DNA of 20,000 nt from an uncultured virus (IMG/VR IMGVR_UViG_3300005512_000016) (lineage: Duplodnaviria; Heunggongvirae; Uroviricota; Caudoviricetes): the IMG/VR virus record IMGVR_UViG_3300005512_000016, positions 52,077 to 72,076 of that record. One strand, written 5' to 3'. A model generated the notes under the pieces. That model was given only the letters and a program-made list of their open reading frames with translations, made no database searches and was not told the origin of the DNA. Below are positions 9,265 through 16,539 of this stretch, piece after piece. Positions within the stretch are counted from its first letter, which is position 1, and each line of letters opens with the position of its first letter. A program made the position numbers and the translations under genes.

Positions 9265-10649
9265 TAATTACCCCTCACTATGTTAAACTTTCGTGCATAT
9301 AGACCTTGTACAACTTCTCTTATTGTATTAGTTACTAGTATATCTGGATTACGTTGACTTTCAATTAAGCTTTTATATATAGGGTCGTAAAAAAATCTAA
9401 TAACGTTAGCTTTATAACTAGGTAAAACTGCAACACTACTTCTAAATCTTCCAGTTCTCTCAGTAAGTATGGTTGGAGATAGGGGAGGTCCTCGCTCAGG
9501 TCCTTTAGGCATTATCGCTCCAAGTCTTCTTTGGACTAGAGCAGATAGTTGAGCGCCAGAAATAAACTTTTGTACAGAGTCTTTCTTAGCTTTTCTCTTC
9601 CTTACTGCTGTCATTCCAAAATTTTGTTTACTAAATCGTGGAGATTCTACAACAGTGCGAATAGTAAAAGGTGTTAACCCCCCTTTTTCAAATTCCTTAG
9701 CAAAGGCAACTATCAAGGATAAGTATTCATTTACCGCATTTGTTTTTTTAACCTCATTCGGTATTTCTTGGACTATTAAATAGTTTAATAGCCCTTGTGA
9801 AAATTTTATACCATTTGCTTTTAAATGAGCTTCATTAACTTTTTGAGTTAAGTCTCTAACACCTTTTTCCATGTCTGCAAAAAGTTCTGCAGTAGGTTTA
9901 ATTTCAATTCTATATTTATCAGCGGCACTAGATGAACTTTTTATTTTTATGGATATTTGAAAGTATCTTGAAAATATCTTTTGATCTTTAAAAACATTTG
10001 ATGAAATATTTTGAAGTGGATTTGTAATAAACTTAAATATAGGTTTATTTTGTTTTTCAATATCAGCAGTATCAACTACTAATAAGTTTGCAAACTTAAC
10101 TCTAGCATTTAAAAATAATAAGTTTCTAAAAGGAGTTAGCTCCTTACCAAATAGTGCATTGATAGCATCTTGACCAAAAAGTTGTTTTCCTCCAACAGCT
10201 GATTTAATAAGTTGACCCTCTGGCTTATTTAAACTTCTACTAATAGCTGTAATTGCAGGCTCGGCTGCTCCACCAACACCTTTAACTTTAGTTTCATAAG
10301 CACTTGGTAACGTTATCTTCTCTCCAGTATTAGATTTAAGCGCATTTATCTCTGAAAGTCTAAAACCTGCAGTAGCCTCAAATTCATCAGCATCAACAAT
10401 AGCATCAGCTATAGCTCCTCCTGATACTCCGACAGACTCAAATATTCTTCTTGCACCAGATTTTGCATCTTTAGGCATACCCAGCCCAATACCCATTTGC
10501 TCTGATATGTAATCAGATACACGACCAATTAAAGTATTTCTTAGTTGCTTAAGTTCTTGTGCTTTTTTACTACGAAGTCCAAAATTTTCATCTACTTTAC
10601 CGTTAGGAAAGGTAGTCTTTACAATACCAAGGTTAAGATTAGGAGCCAT
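9264..10649 (-). CDS. Tail completion/neck protein, T5 p143-like C-terminus with an enlarged N-terminal part
   Basis: Synteny between the head-completion and tail-terminator genes. The basic C-terminus (LTERTGRFRSSV...YDPIY...RNPDILVTNTIREV) resembles p143-family proteins. Confidence 0.7.
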   Translation of the reverse strand: MAPNLNLGIVKTTFPNGKVDENFGLRSKKAQELKQLRNTLIGRVSDYISEQMGIGLGMPKDAKSGARRIFESVGVSGGAIADAIVDADEFEATAGFRLSEINALKSNTGEKITLPSAYETKVKGVGGAAEPAITAISRSLNKPEGQLIKSAVGGKQLFGQDAINALFGKELTPFRNLLFLNARVKFANLLVVDTADIEKQNKPIFKFITNPLQNISSNVFKDQKIFSRYFQISIKIKSSSSAADKYRIEIKPTAELFADMEKGVRDLTQKVNEAHLKANGIKFSQGLLNYLIVQEIPNEVKKTNAVNEYLSLIVAFAKEFEKGGLTPFTIRTVVESPRFSKQNFGMTAVRKRKAKKDSVQKFISGAQLSALVQRRLGAIMPKGPERGPPLSPTILTERTGRFRSSVAVLPSYKANVIRFFYDPIYKSLIESQRNPDILVTNTIREVVQGLYARKFNIVRGN

Positions 10650-11986
10650 TAGATAACAATCCTATAAAGGTCCAATATACGTCTAATATGTGGGGGAAAG
10701 TTTCCTGCAAGATTAAACTTATCTCCTCGTTCTCCCTCAAAACTAAAACCTTTTTTATCTTGATCTTGTTTATGAAATAATTTAATCATATCAAGAGTAG
10801 CAACTTGAAGATCATAAGGAACTTGTCCTGATTCATATCCTCCACGATATGTTACTTTAACTCCGCTAGGATAAGGTTGAAAAGTAGGTGGCCCACTTAG
10901 TGTAAGTGATGGATAAGATCTATTAACAGTTGGATAATTACCTGTAATGCCTATGTCACCTGTATCTCTAGTAATTTCTCCACTGTCTCGTGAAAAACTG
11001 TATTGATTTATTGCAGCGCTAACATCTTTAGCTTCTGTATCTCCATTTTTACCATCAAAATGAATTAACATTCGTGTTTGTTCATCAGGTCTAAATCTTT
11101 GTGATGGGGGAGTAAAGTCTCCTGAATATCTTGCAGTATCGCTAATTCTTAATTCGTCAATATACCCTGCAAAGTCGTTACCTATAAGCACGTTTGTTGT
11201 AAAAGTATTGTTATTTACAGCAAATGTTTCACCACTGGCTCCTGTAATATTATTCCCATTATAAGTTAAAAACATTCGTTGAGAAACACTATTAAAAGAT
11301 GCAGCTACATGTGCGAACTCTCGTTGTCCAAATTGCTGTGTTTGAATAAGTGTGTTAGCACCAGTAACTGTTGTTGTGCTTCCACTAATTGTGCCATCAA
11401 TTTTTAAACCACTTGTTCCATTTGTAGAAAATTTTAAAGAATTTGTCGCGTCTGTGTTAATTGAAAACAGCTCCTGTACAGGTAAACTCGAGTCATTAAC
11501 ACGAATAAACATCTCAATGGTAAAATCACCCTCTTCAAATTTTATATCTTCAGATACTGTACCTTCTACAAAGTCTGCGGATGCCACCTCTAAACTAGAT
11601 TTTCCAAATCTTTTAACTCTTGAATTAATATGAGCGTCATTCTTAAAGGTAAGAGTTACACTATCATTATCTTGAACATTAGGCATACCATTAGTCGCGG
11701 GATCGTCAAGAGTCATATGCTCTATACCATTAAACTCTGTTACTTCGTAGACATTACTAAGAGGCAATCTATTAACAAAAACGCTTGTTTCGCCTCCGTC
11801 AAAAACTTCAACATAATCATTAGCTAAGACTTGTTGTCCGATATAGTGTTCAACAACTCCTGTGGCATAACTTATGATATTACTAAGAGTACCATCATGA
11901 GTAGTGCTATTAATACTTAAATAACTTTTTACTTGTGGCAACGTTACATACGGATAACGACCAAGCCCCTCTTCATGTCTATCCAT
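10649..11986 (-). CDS. Head completion/head-tail adaptor (T5 p144 / HK97 gp6-like) with an inserted LamG/ConA-like domain
   Basis: N-terminal YVTLPQVKSYLSI...IISYATGVVEHYIG and C-terminal GVKVTYRGGY..VPYDLQVATLDMI...FPPHIRRILDLYR are adaptor motifs. aa ~110-323 are LamG-like (RFGKSS, GDFTIEMFI, FAHVAAS, FAGYIDELRISDTARY). Confidence 0.85.
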   Translation of the reverse strand: MDRHEEGLGRYPYVTLPQVKSYLSINSTTHDGTLSNIISYATGVVEHYIGQQVLANDYVEVFDGGETSVFVNRLPLSNVYEVTEFNGIEHMTLDDPATNGMPNVQDNDSVTLTFKNDAHINSRVKRFGKSSLEVASADFVEGTVSEDIKFEEGDFTIEMFIRVNDSSLPVQELFSINTDATNSLKFSTNGTSGLKIDGTISGSTTTVTGANTLIQTQQFGQREFAHVAASFNSVSQRMFLTYNGNNITGASGETFAVNNNTFTTNVLIGNDFAGYIDELRISDTARYSGDFTPPSQRFRPDEQTRMLIHFDGKNGDTEAKDVSAAINQYSFSRDSGEITRDTGDIGITGNYPTVNRSYPSLTLSGPPTFQPYPSGVKVTYRGGYESGQVPYDLQVATLDMIKLFHKQDQDKKGFSFEGERGDKFNLAGNFPPHIRRILDLYRIVI

Positions 11987-11997
11987 CTATCAATCCC

Positions 11998-12219
11998 CTA
12001 TTTCTTAATAGTAATTTTTTTAACAGATTTTTTTACTTCTGGTTTAATTGTTGTGGCAACTATAGGTGCTGGAGTAGCTTTAGGTGCAGGAGTAGCCATA
12101 GCATCCCAAGCTTCTTTTTGTTGTTCGATAAGCCCAGGACCCCAACCATGTTTAGAAAGCCATTTCTCAGCTTCATCCCATGATTTCATATCTTTAATTT
12201 CTGTTACAATAGTAGTCAT
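11998..12219 (-). CDS. Small hypothetical protein with a Pro/Ala linker and Lys-rich tail
   Basis: 73 aa, strong SD AAGGAG, and it fills the gap between the capsid terminator and the adaptor gene exactly. Confidence 0.75.
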   Translation of the reverse strand: MTTIVTEIKDMKSWDEAEKWLSKHGWGPGLIEQQKEAWDAMATPAPKATPAPIVATTIKPEVKKSVKKITIKK

Positions 12220-12231
12220 ATCTATTCTCCT

Positions 12232-12265
12232 TAAATAAAAAGGGGAGGCTATCCACCTCCCCCTT
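12232..12265 (-). terminator. Rho-independent terminator after the major capsid gene
   Basis: mRNA AAGGGGGAGG-UGGAUAG-CCUCCCC-UUUUUAUUU: GC-rich 7-8 bp stem plus U-tract, about 27 nt after the capsid stop. Confidence 0.88.
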
Positions 12266-12291
12266 GATTAGTTCTACATTATTAGTTAAAA

Positions 12292-13698
12292 TTAACCAGT
12301 AATGTTCATAACTGCGTAAGAATACTTAGCTGCATCTAGTGCGTTATTTGAGTTAGTTGTTAACGGTCTAAAGTCAAAACGTGTGCTCATATACATTGCT
12401 GTAACTTGCTGTCTTGGCTCGTACTCGCTCTCGATCTCCATACCACGTCTTTCAGCGATTAAGAATCCAGGCTTATACACTAGCATACCAATATGTCTGC
12501 TAGATCCACCAACTACGTCTAAGAATTCAGTGATCTGGATTGGTATACCATACACTGCACCAACAGAACCTGTTAGGTAAGTAGCGTTTGGTCCAAATTT
12601 ATCAACTGTTCTAAAGTCTGAAGTTTGAACTAAGTTATTATAACCTTCAATAGTGGTTAGATATACTAACTGGTCACCAAGTTGAAGACCATATTTACCC
12701 ATTGAACTTCTTGCACCTGCGATATCAGTTGGGTCAACTTTATCGTTAGCACCGCCAGTTGCTACTGTAAGAGAAGCATCTGCTGCTAAGTTAGTTAAAC
12801 CTTCGATAACTGAAGCATAACCTGTACCTGCAGTAATTGCGTTAGTAGGTGATGCTGTGAAGCCAGTTAATGCGCCTGTACCTCTAAGTATTGATTTATC
12901 AATAGCTCTTGCAAGACGTCTAGTAGCTGCTGCTCTTAGGAAGTCAAGCAATGGAAGAACTGTATCTTCCTCTTCATCTTTTGCAAGATGAGTAGTTGCC
13001 ATAAACTTATGAGGTGTGAAGGTAACAGCTGAGATTGTATTTTGGTTTGTAGTAGGTACGTTAGATGCATCTGCAATACCTGTTGCAAATGTGCCTGACT
13101 TAAACTGTGCTACATCTCCGTCTGTATCTTCATCAGCTACTGGTACTCTAAAATTTCTAGCATCCACTGCGATTCTTTCGAACATTGGAGCAATAATTAA
13201 TTGCTGCTCCATCTCAGTGTAGATGTTTGAAGAAAAGTTAGAAAGGAACTGATCTACAGAAGTGATCGCCTTCATTCTTGAACCGTATTTAGTATCAAAT
13301 ACGTCTCGCTTATTCATGCACTTGGCAAGTAAATAAGCATTTGCCATTTCTTTCTCTGAGAATTGAGAAGTTTTACGACTATTTTCTTGATAAGTCATTT
13401 TAGATTCAGTTAATGATTTAATCTGATCCTTAAATGTTGAGATCTGAGCCTTAAGTTCATCAACTTCCGCTGATTCCTTAGGTGTATACGCAGTCTCTCT
13501 TCTGTCTTGAGCGTCAGCCTCTTTCATCATTGCTTCACCAGTTTTCTCCACTAGCTTAGCAACTTCTGGCTCTGACACTTCTGCTTTTACAACTGGTTGC
13601 TCTTGAGCTTTAGTTGCTTCAGCTTTTTCGATCTCTTTCGCTGCACCTTTTGATGCGGACGTAAGGTCAATAGGAGTATCGATATCCTGGTTTGCCAT
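12292..13698 (-). CDS. Major capsid protein precursor (468 aa, HK97 fold with delta domain) from an internal in-frame start at Met399
   Basis: AAGGAGG (13713-13707), 8 nt, ATG (13698). Size is close to T5 pb8 (~458 aa). VFDTKYGSRMK/AITS matches the pb8 maturation-site region as recalled. HK97-fold motifs RRLARAIDKSILRG and GSVGAVYGIPI. Confidence 0.8.
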   Translation of the reverse strand: MANQDIDTPIDLTSASKGAAKEIEKAEATKAQEQPVVKAEVSEPEVAKLVEKTGEAMMKEADAQDRRETAYTPKESAEVDELKAQISTFKDQIKSLTESKMTYQENSRKTSQFSEKEMANAYLLAKCMNKRDVFDTKYGSRMKAITSVDQFLSNFSSNIYTEMEQQLIIAPMFERIAVDARNFRVPVADEDTDGDVAQFKSGTFATGIADASNVPTTNQNTISAVTFTPHKFMATTHLAKDEEEDTVLPLLDFLRAAATRRLARAIDKSILRGTGALTGFTASPTNAITAGTGYASVIEGLTNLAADASLTVATGGANDKVDPTDIAGARSSMGKYGLQLGDQLVYLTTIEGYNNLVQTSDFRTVDKFGPNATYLTGSVGAVYGIPIQITEFLDVVGGSSRHIGMLVYKPGFLIAERRGMEIESEYEPRQQVTAMYMSTRFDFRPLTTNSNNALDAAKYSYAVMNITG

Positions 13699-14892
13699 TT
13701 TGGTTTCCTCCTTGTGGGAATTTTCGTGAAGCTGAGAGGTTTCGCTCTTAATTTCTTCACCTTTTGATTTTTTAATGTTGTTAACGTCAACATCTAACGT
13801 ATTATCACAACTATTTCCGTCAGCGTCAACCTCTAAAAATTTAAAAGTTGGCGATTGGTCGGTTGCAATTTTAGTCACTTTGTAGGTTTTTCCGTTTAAT
13901 TCTACAGTTGCACCATTTTTGACTAATTCTGGTTCTTGCTCTAAAAGATTGATAAATGGAATCTCTGCATTAGGATCTCTAATCTCAAGTTCTTCTTCAT
14001 CATTTTCTTTTTCAGCTTCAGTTTCTAAATCGGTTTTTTCTTCCGAAATTACCTCTTCATTTTTATTCTCTGTAACCTCAGCACCTCTTGTTTGAGAAGC
14101 CATTTCTTCAGAAGGACTTAAAGGTCTTTCGTCAGAATCTTCTTCAGCCATCTCTACAGATGAGTCATGCACAGCAACAGCACTAACTGTCATAGAATGT
14201 TTATGACCTTTAGCTTCCATTATCTCATACCCCTCTACTTTATGAGAGTGGTTTTCCATATGAGAAGCATAAGTTGTAATTCCATTACCATTCTCATCTA
14301 CTTCTAAAGTATGATAATGGCCATCAATCATATCAGTTATGCCTGCTTTTATGTATGCTTTAGTTTGTTCTTTGTCCTCAAACTGTTCAAGAAAAGATTT
14401 TCTCTCATCATCTGAGTTAAAACTTTTGCTAATGCTAAATAATGAATCTTGATTACAAGGCACACTAACAACACTAATCTCTAATAATTCAACATCAGTT
14501 ATTGTCATTGTATCGTCTTCGCGATTATATTTACCATCTTTAACTTTAAAACCAACGCTGAAACTTTTTAAGGCTCCATCCTTGATAAGGGTCTGTACCC
14601 CGTGATTCTTCTCTGCTGCTTCACTGACGGAAGCTTCAACAAAAATACCTTTTTTATCAACTTGTATTTTGTTAACATTACCTATTGGGCAATCGTGTTT
14701 ATGTTGATAGAGAAGAACAGGATTACGTCTAAAGTTATCTACGCCTTTAGCCCATGCATCTGCAGTTATAACATCACCTGCACGGTCTTTAGCAGTAGTA
14801 TTTGCATAGCCAGCAATTTTAATTGACTTAGTCTTTTTATTAAATGACTTAGCTTCTAAAACGCTATTTAAATAAAACTTTTTATCGTTCAT
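12292..14892 (-). CDS. HK97-type prohead protease (peptidase S78) fused in frame, through a ~240-aa linker, to a T5 pb8-like major capsid protein
   Basis: Protease motifs IAGYAN..KDRAGD, NPVLLYQH64, KSFS112VGF and LLE138ISVVSVPCNQDS. No stop codon before the capsid part. SD AAGGAGG at 14902-14908. Confidence 0.92.
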   Translation of the reverse strand: MNDKKFYLNSVLEAKSFNKKTKSIKIAGYANTTAKDRAGDVITADAWAKGVDNFRRNPVLLYQHKHDCPIGNVNKIQVDKKGIFVEASVSEAAEKNHGVQTLIKDGALKSFSVGFKVKDGKYNREDDTMTITDVELLEISVVSVPCNQDSLFSISKSFNSDDERKSFLEQFEDKEQTKAYIKAGITDMIDGHYHTLEVDENGNGITTYASHMENHSHKVEGYEIMEAKGHKHSMTVSAVAVHDSSVEMAEEDSDERPLSPSEEMASQTRGAEVTENKNEEVISEEKTDLETEAEKENDEEELEIRDPNAEIPFINLLEQEPELVKNGATVELNGKTYKVTKIATDQSPTFKFLEVDADGNSCDNTLDVDVNNIKKSKGEEIKSETSQLHENSHKEETKMANQDIDTPIDLTSASKGAAKEIEKAEATKAQEQPVVKAEVSEPEVAKLVEKTGEAMMKEADAQDRRETAYTPKESAEVDELKAQISTFKDQIKSLTESKMTYQENSRKTSQFSEKEMANAYLLAKCMNKRDVFDTKYGSRMKAITSVDQFLSNFSSNIYTEMEQQLIIAPMFERIAVDARNFRVPVADEDTDGDVAQFKSGTFATGIADASNVPTTNQNTISAVTFTPHKFMATTHLAKDEEEDTVLPLLDFLRAAATRRLARAIDKSILRGTGALTGFTASPTNAITAGTGYASVIEGLTNLAADASLTVATGGANDKVDPTDIAGARSSMGKYGLQLGDQLVYLTTIEGYNNLVQTSDFRTVDKFGPNATYLTGSVGAVYGIPIQITEFLDVVGGSSRHIGMLVYKPGFLIAERRGMEIESEYEPRQQVTAMYMSTRFDFRPLTTNSNNALDAAKYSYAVMNITG
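13801..13829 (-). promoter_or_regulatory. Candidate sigma70-type promoter inside the fusion linker, facing the internal capsid start
   Basis: TTGACG (13829-13824), 17-nt spacer ending in TGn, GATAAT (13806-13801); about 100 nt upstream of the internal ATG. Confidence 0.65.
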
Positions 14893-16153
14893 CTACTGTT
14901 TCCTCCTTTGGATTATCAGACTCTTCTTCAGGAGGTCTGCCTCCTTGAGTAGCGTCAGTCGCGCTACCTGTAATATTTTGTGGTACCCTAATGCCATCTT
15001 CTCCCTCGATTCTGGGTAACCTTAAACCTTTTCTAGCTTCATTAGGTGTCATAATGCCTGTGTTTACTAATTGTGCATAGTAAGTAGACTCTGTTCTCAT
15101 CTCTGGTCTTAGAGCAGGAATGGTCATTTTATCAGGTCTTATTTCTACTCCACCGTTAAAAAAATGCATGAAAGCGCTACAAAACTGATTTAATATCGGT
15201 AATATTGTGTGCTGATAAAAAAGCTTTTGATTAGCATCTATATTAGCATTATTACCAGATTTTAAAAGCACGTAAGGAACTCCAATTGCTTTAGCAATAT
15301 CTTGTTGGATTCTTTCAACACTATTTTCAAAGTCTAGTTCATCAAATTTCACATTTGAAAACTGATCTATCTTTAATCCTCCATCTAGTATAGCTGGATT
15401 TCTCGCGTTGTCAAAAATAGTTGTGTAGGAATTTCTCCAGCTCTCTAAAAGTCGCTCTTTTACTCTTTTACTTAAAATACTGTCTGTTGTCAGTACGAAT
15501 CCTGGAACTGCGTTGTTTTTGAAAAATTGCCTCTGAAAGTTGATAAGATAAAAGTAAACCTCAAGTAAACGTTTAATAGACTTAAGCTTACTAGTTCCTC
15601 TAAATATGCTTAGCTCATTCTCATTCATTACATGTATTATTTCATAAGGTTCAAAAACTATTGATTCACTTTTTGTGGTAGTTTTATTAAAATTGTAAAA
15701 ATCTTGAGATTGCTGGTTTGAAATTAGATAATTGTACTGCTTAACAAATGCTCGTTCATCAGGAACAACTTCAACATCATTAGCTGGTAATAGATATAGA
15801 TCATTTCTATCATAATAGAAAAATACATTACCATCTAGAAAAAAGTCTAAAAAAGCTCGTCTAAATAACCTAGCTCTATCCTCAAAAGGATTAGGTCTAT
15901 AGTTAAGTAACTTATTAATTTTTTTACTAGGAGAACCTCCCTCTACTAATAATGGAATTTCGGTTAAAGCGTTAATGCACATCTCAATTGATCTATTTAC
16001 TATCTCAACTTCACGATACGCTTGTTCAAAGTCATGAGTATTTTCAGGACTTGCATATGGTTCTAAAGCAGCAATAGATGGCTGAGCAGGATTTAGTTTT
16101 TCAGATAACCATTCTCTCCACGCGGGCACTTGTTTTTGTTGATTATTTGCCAT
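14882..16153 (-). CDS. Portal protein (HK97 family, T5 pb7-like)
   Basis: Motifs EKLNPAQ, LLNYRPNPF, DFFLDGNVF, FFKNNAVPG, IAKAIGVP and LVNTGIMTPNEAR; 423 aa; synteny. Confidence 0.95.
   Translation of the reverse strand: MANNQQKQVPAWREWLSEKLNPAQPSIAALEPYASPENTHDFEQAYREVEIVNRSIEMCINALTEIPLLVEGGSPSKKINKLLNYRPNPFEDRARLFRRAFLDFFLDGNVFFYYDRNDLYLLPANDVEVVPDERAFVKQYNYLISNQQSQDFYNFNKTTTKSESIVFEPYEIIHVMNENELSIFRGTSKLKSIKRLLEVYFYLINFQRQFFKNNAVPGFVLTTDSILSKRVKERLLESWRNSYTTIFDNARNPAILDGGLKIDQFSNVKFDELDFENSVERIQQDIAKAIGVPYVLLKSGNNANIDANQKLFYQHTILPILNQFCSAFMHFFNGGVEIRPDKMTIPALRPEMRTESTYYAQLVNTGIMTPNEARKGLRLPRIEGEDGIRVPQNITGSATDATQGGRPPEEESDNPKEETVDER
15387..15414 (-). promoter_or_regulatory. Candidate sigma70-type promoter inside the portal gene, facing the protease-capsid ORF
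   Basis: TTGACA (15414-15409), 16-nt spacer, TATACT (15392-15387). Confidence 0.4.
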
Positions 16154-16523
16154 TTTTTTCCTTTTGAATATCTAACCAATTTTTAATTTTAGAGGCTAGA
16201 TAGTTTGGATACCTTTGTCCATATAATGTATGCAGTCTTATGTGATGAGTTTTACAGAGAGTGTATAAGTTTTTATTTGAAAGGTTATCTTTTTCATCAG
16301 TTGCAAATTTTTCTCTAAGCTGATTAATAGTTTCAACATTATCAATATCACTAATCTTATTAGAAATACACCATTTATCAAATAATTCACTCAAGCCGTA
16401 AAGATGATGAAGCTCTAAAGTTTCTTTACTGCCACACACGTAACACTCGTCACGAATTTTGTAATCTTTTTTAATAAAATCTCTAATGTATTTTATTGGA
16501 AATCTTTTTAATGATGTCATCAT
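16143..16523 (-). CDS. HNH endonuclease (T5 nicking-endonuclease / terminase-associated HNH-like)
   Basis: CYVCG....LELHH and TLCKTHHIRLH zinc/HNH motifs; positioned between terL and portal as in T5. Confidence 0.85.
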   Translation of the reverse strand: MMTSLKRFPIKYIRDFIKKDYKIRDECYVCGSKETLELHHLYGLSELFDKWCISNKISDIDNVETINQLREKFATDEKDNLSNKNLYTLCKTHHIRLHTLYGQRYPNYLASKIKNWLDIQKEKNGK

Positions 16524-16539
16524 ACCTTACTTTGTTATC

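Noticed and set aside
13762..13790. Second TTGACG in the capsid leader
   Set aside because: No acceptable -10 at 16-18 nt spacing; explained by Val-Asp codons.
13587..13793. Alternative-frame minus-strand 68-aa ORF overlapping the internal capsid start
   Set aside because: No SD and no motif; its Lys/Arg-rich composition is what a shifted reading of A-rich codons would give.
16143..16523. HNH gene as a mobile homing endonuclease or intron element
   Set aside because: It is short, lacks extra DNA-binding domains, interrupts no gene, and occupies the conserved terL-portal position of T5-like phages.
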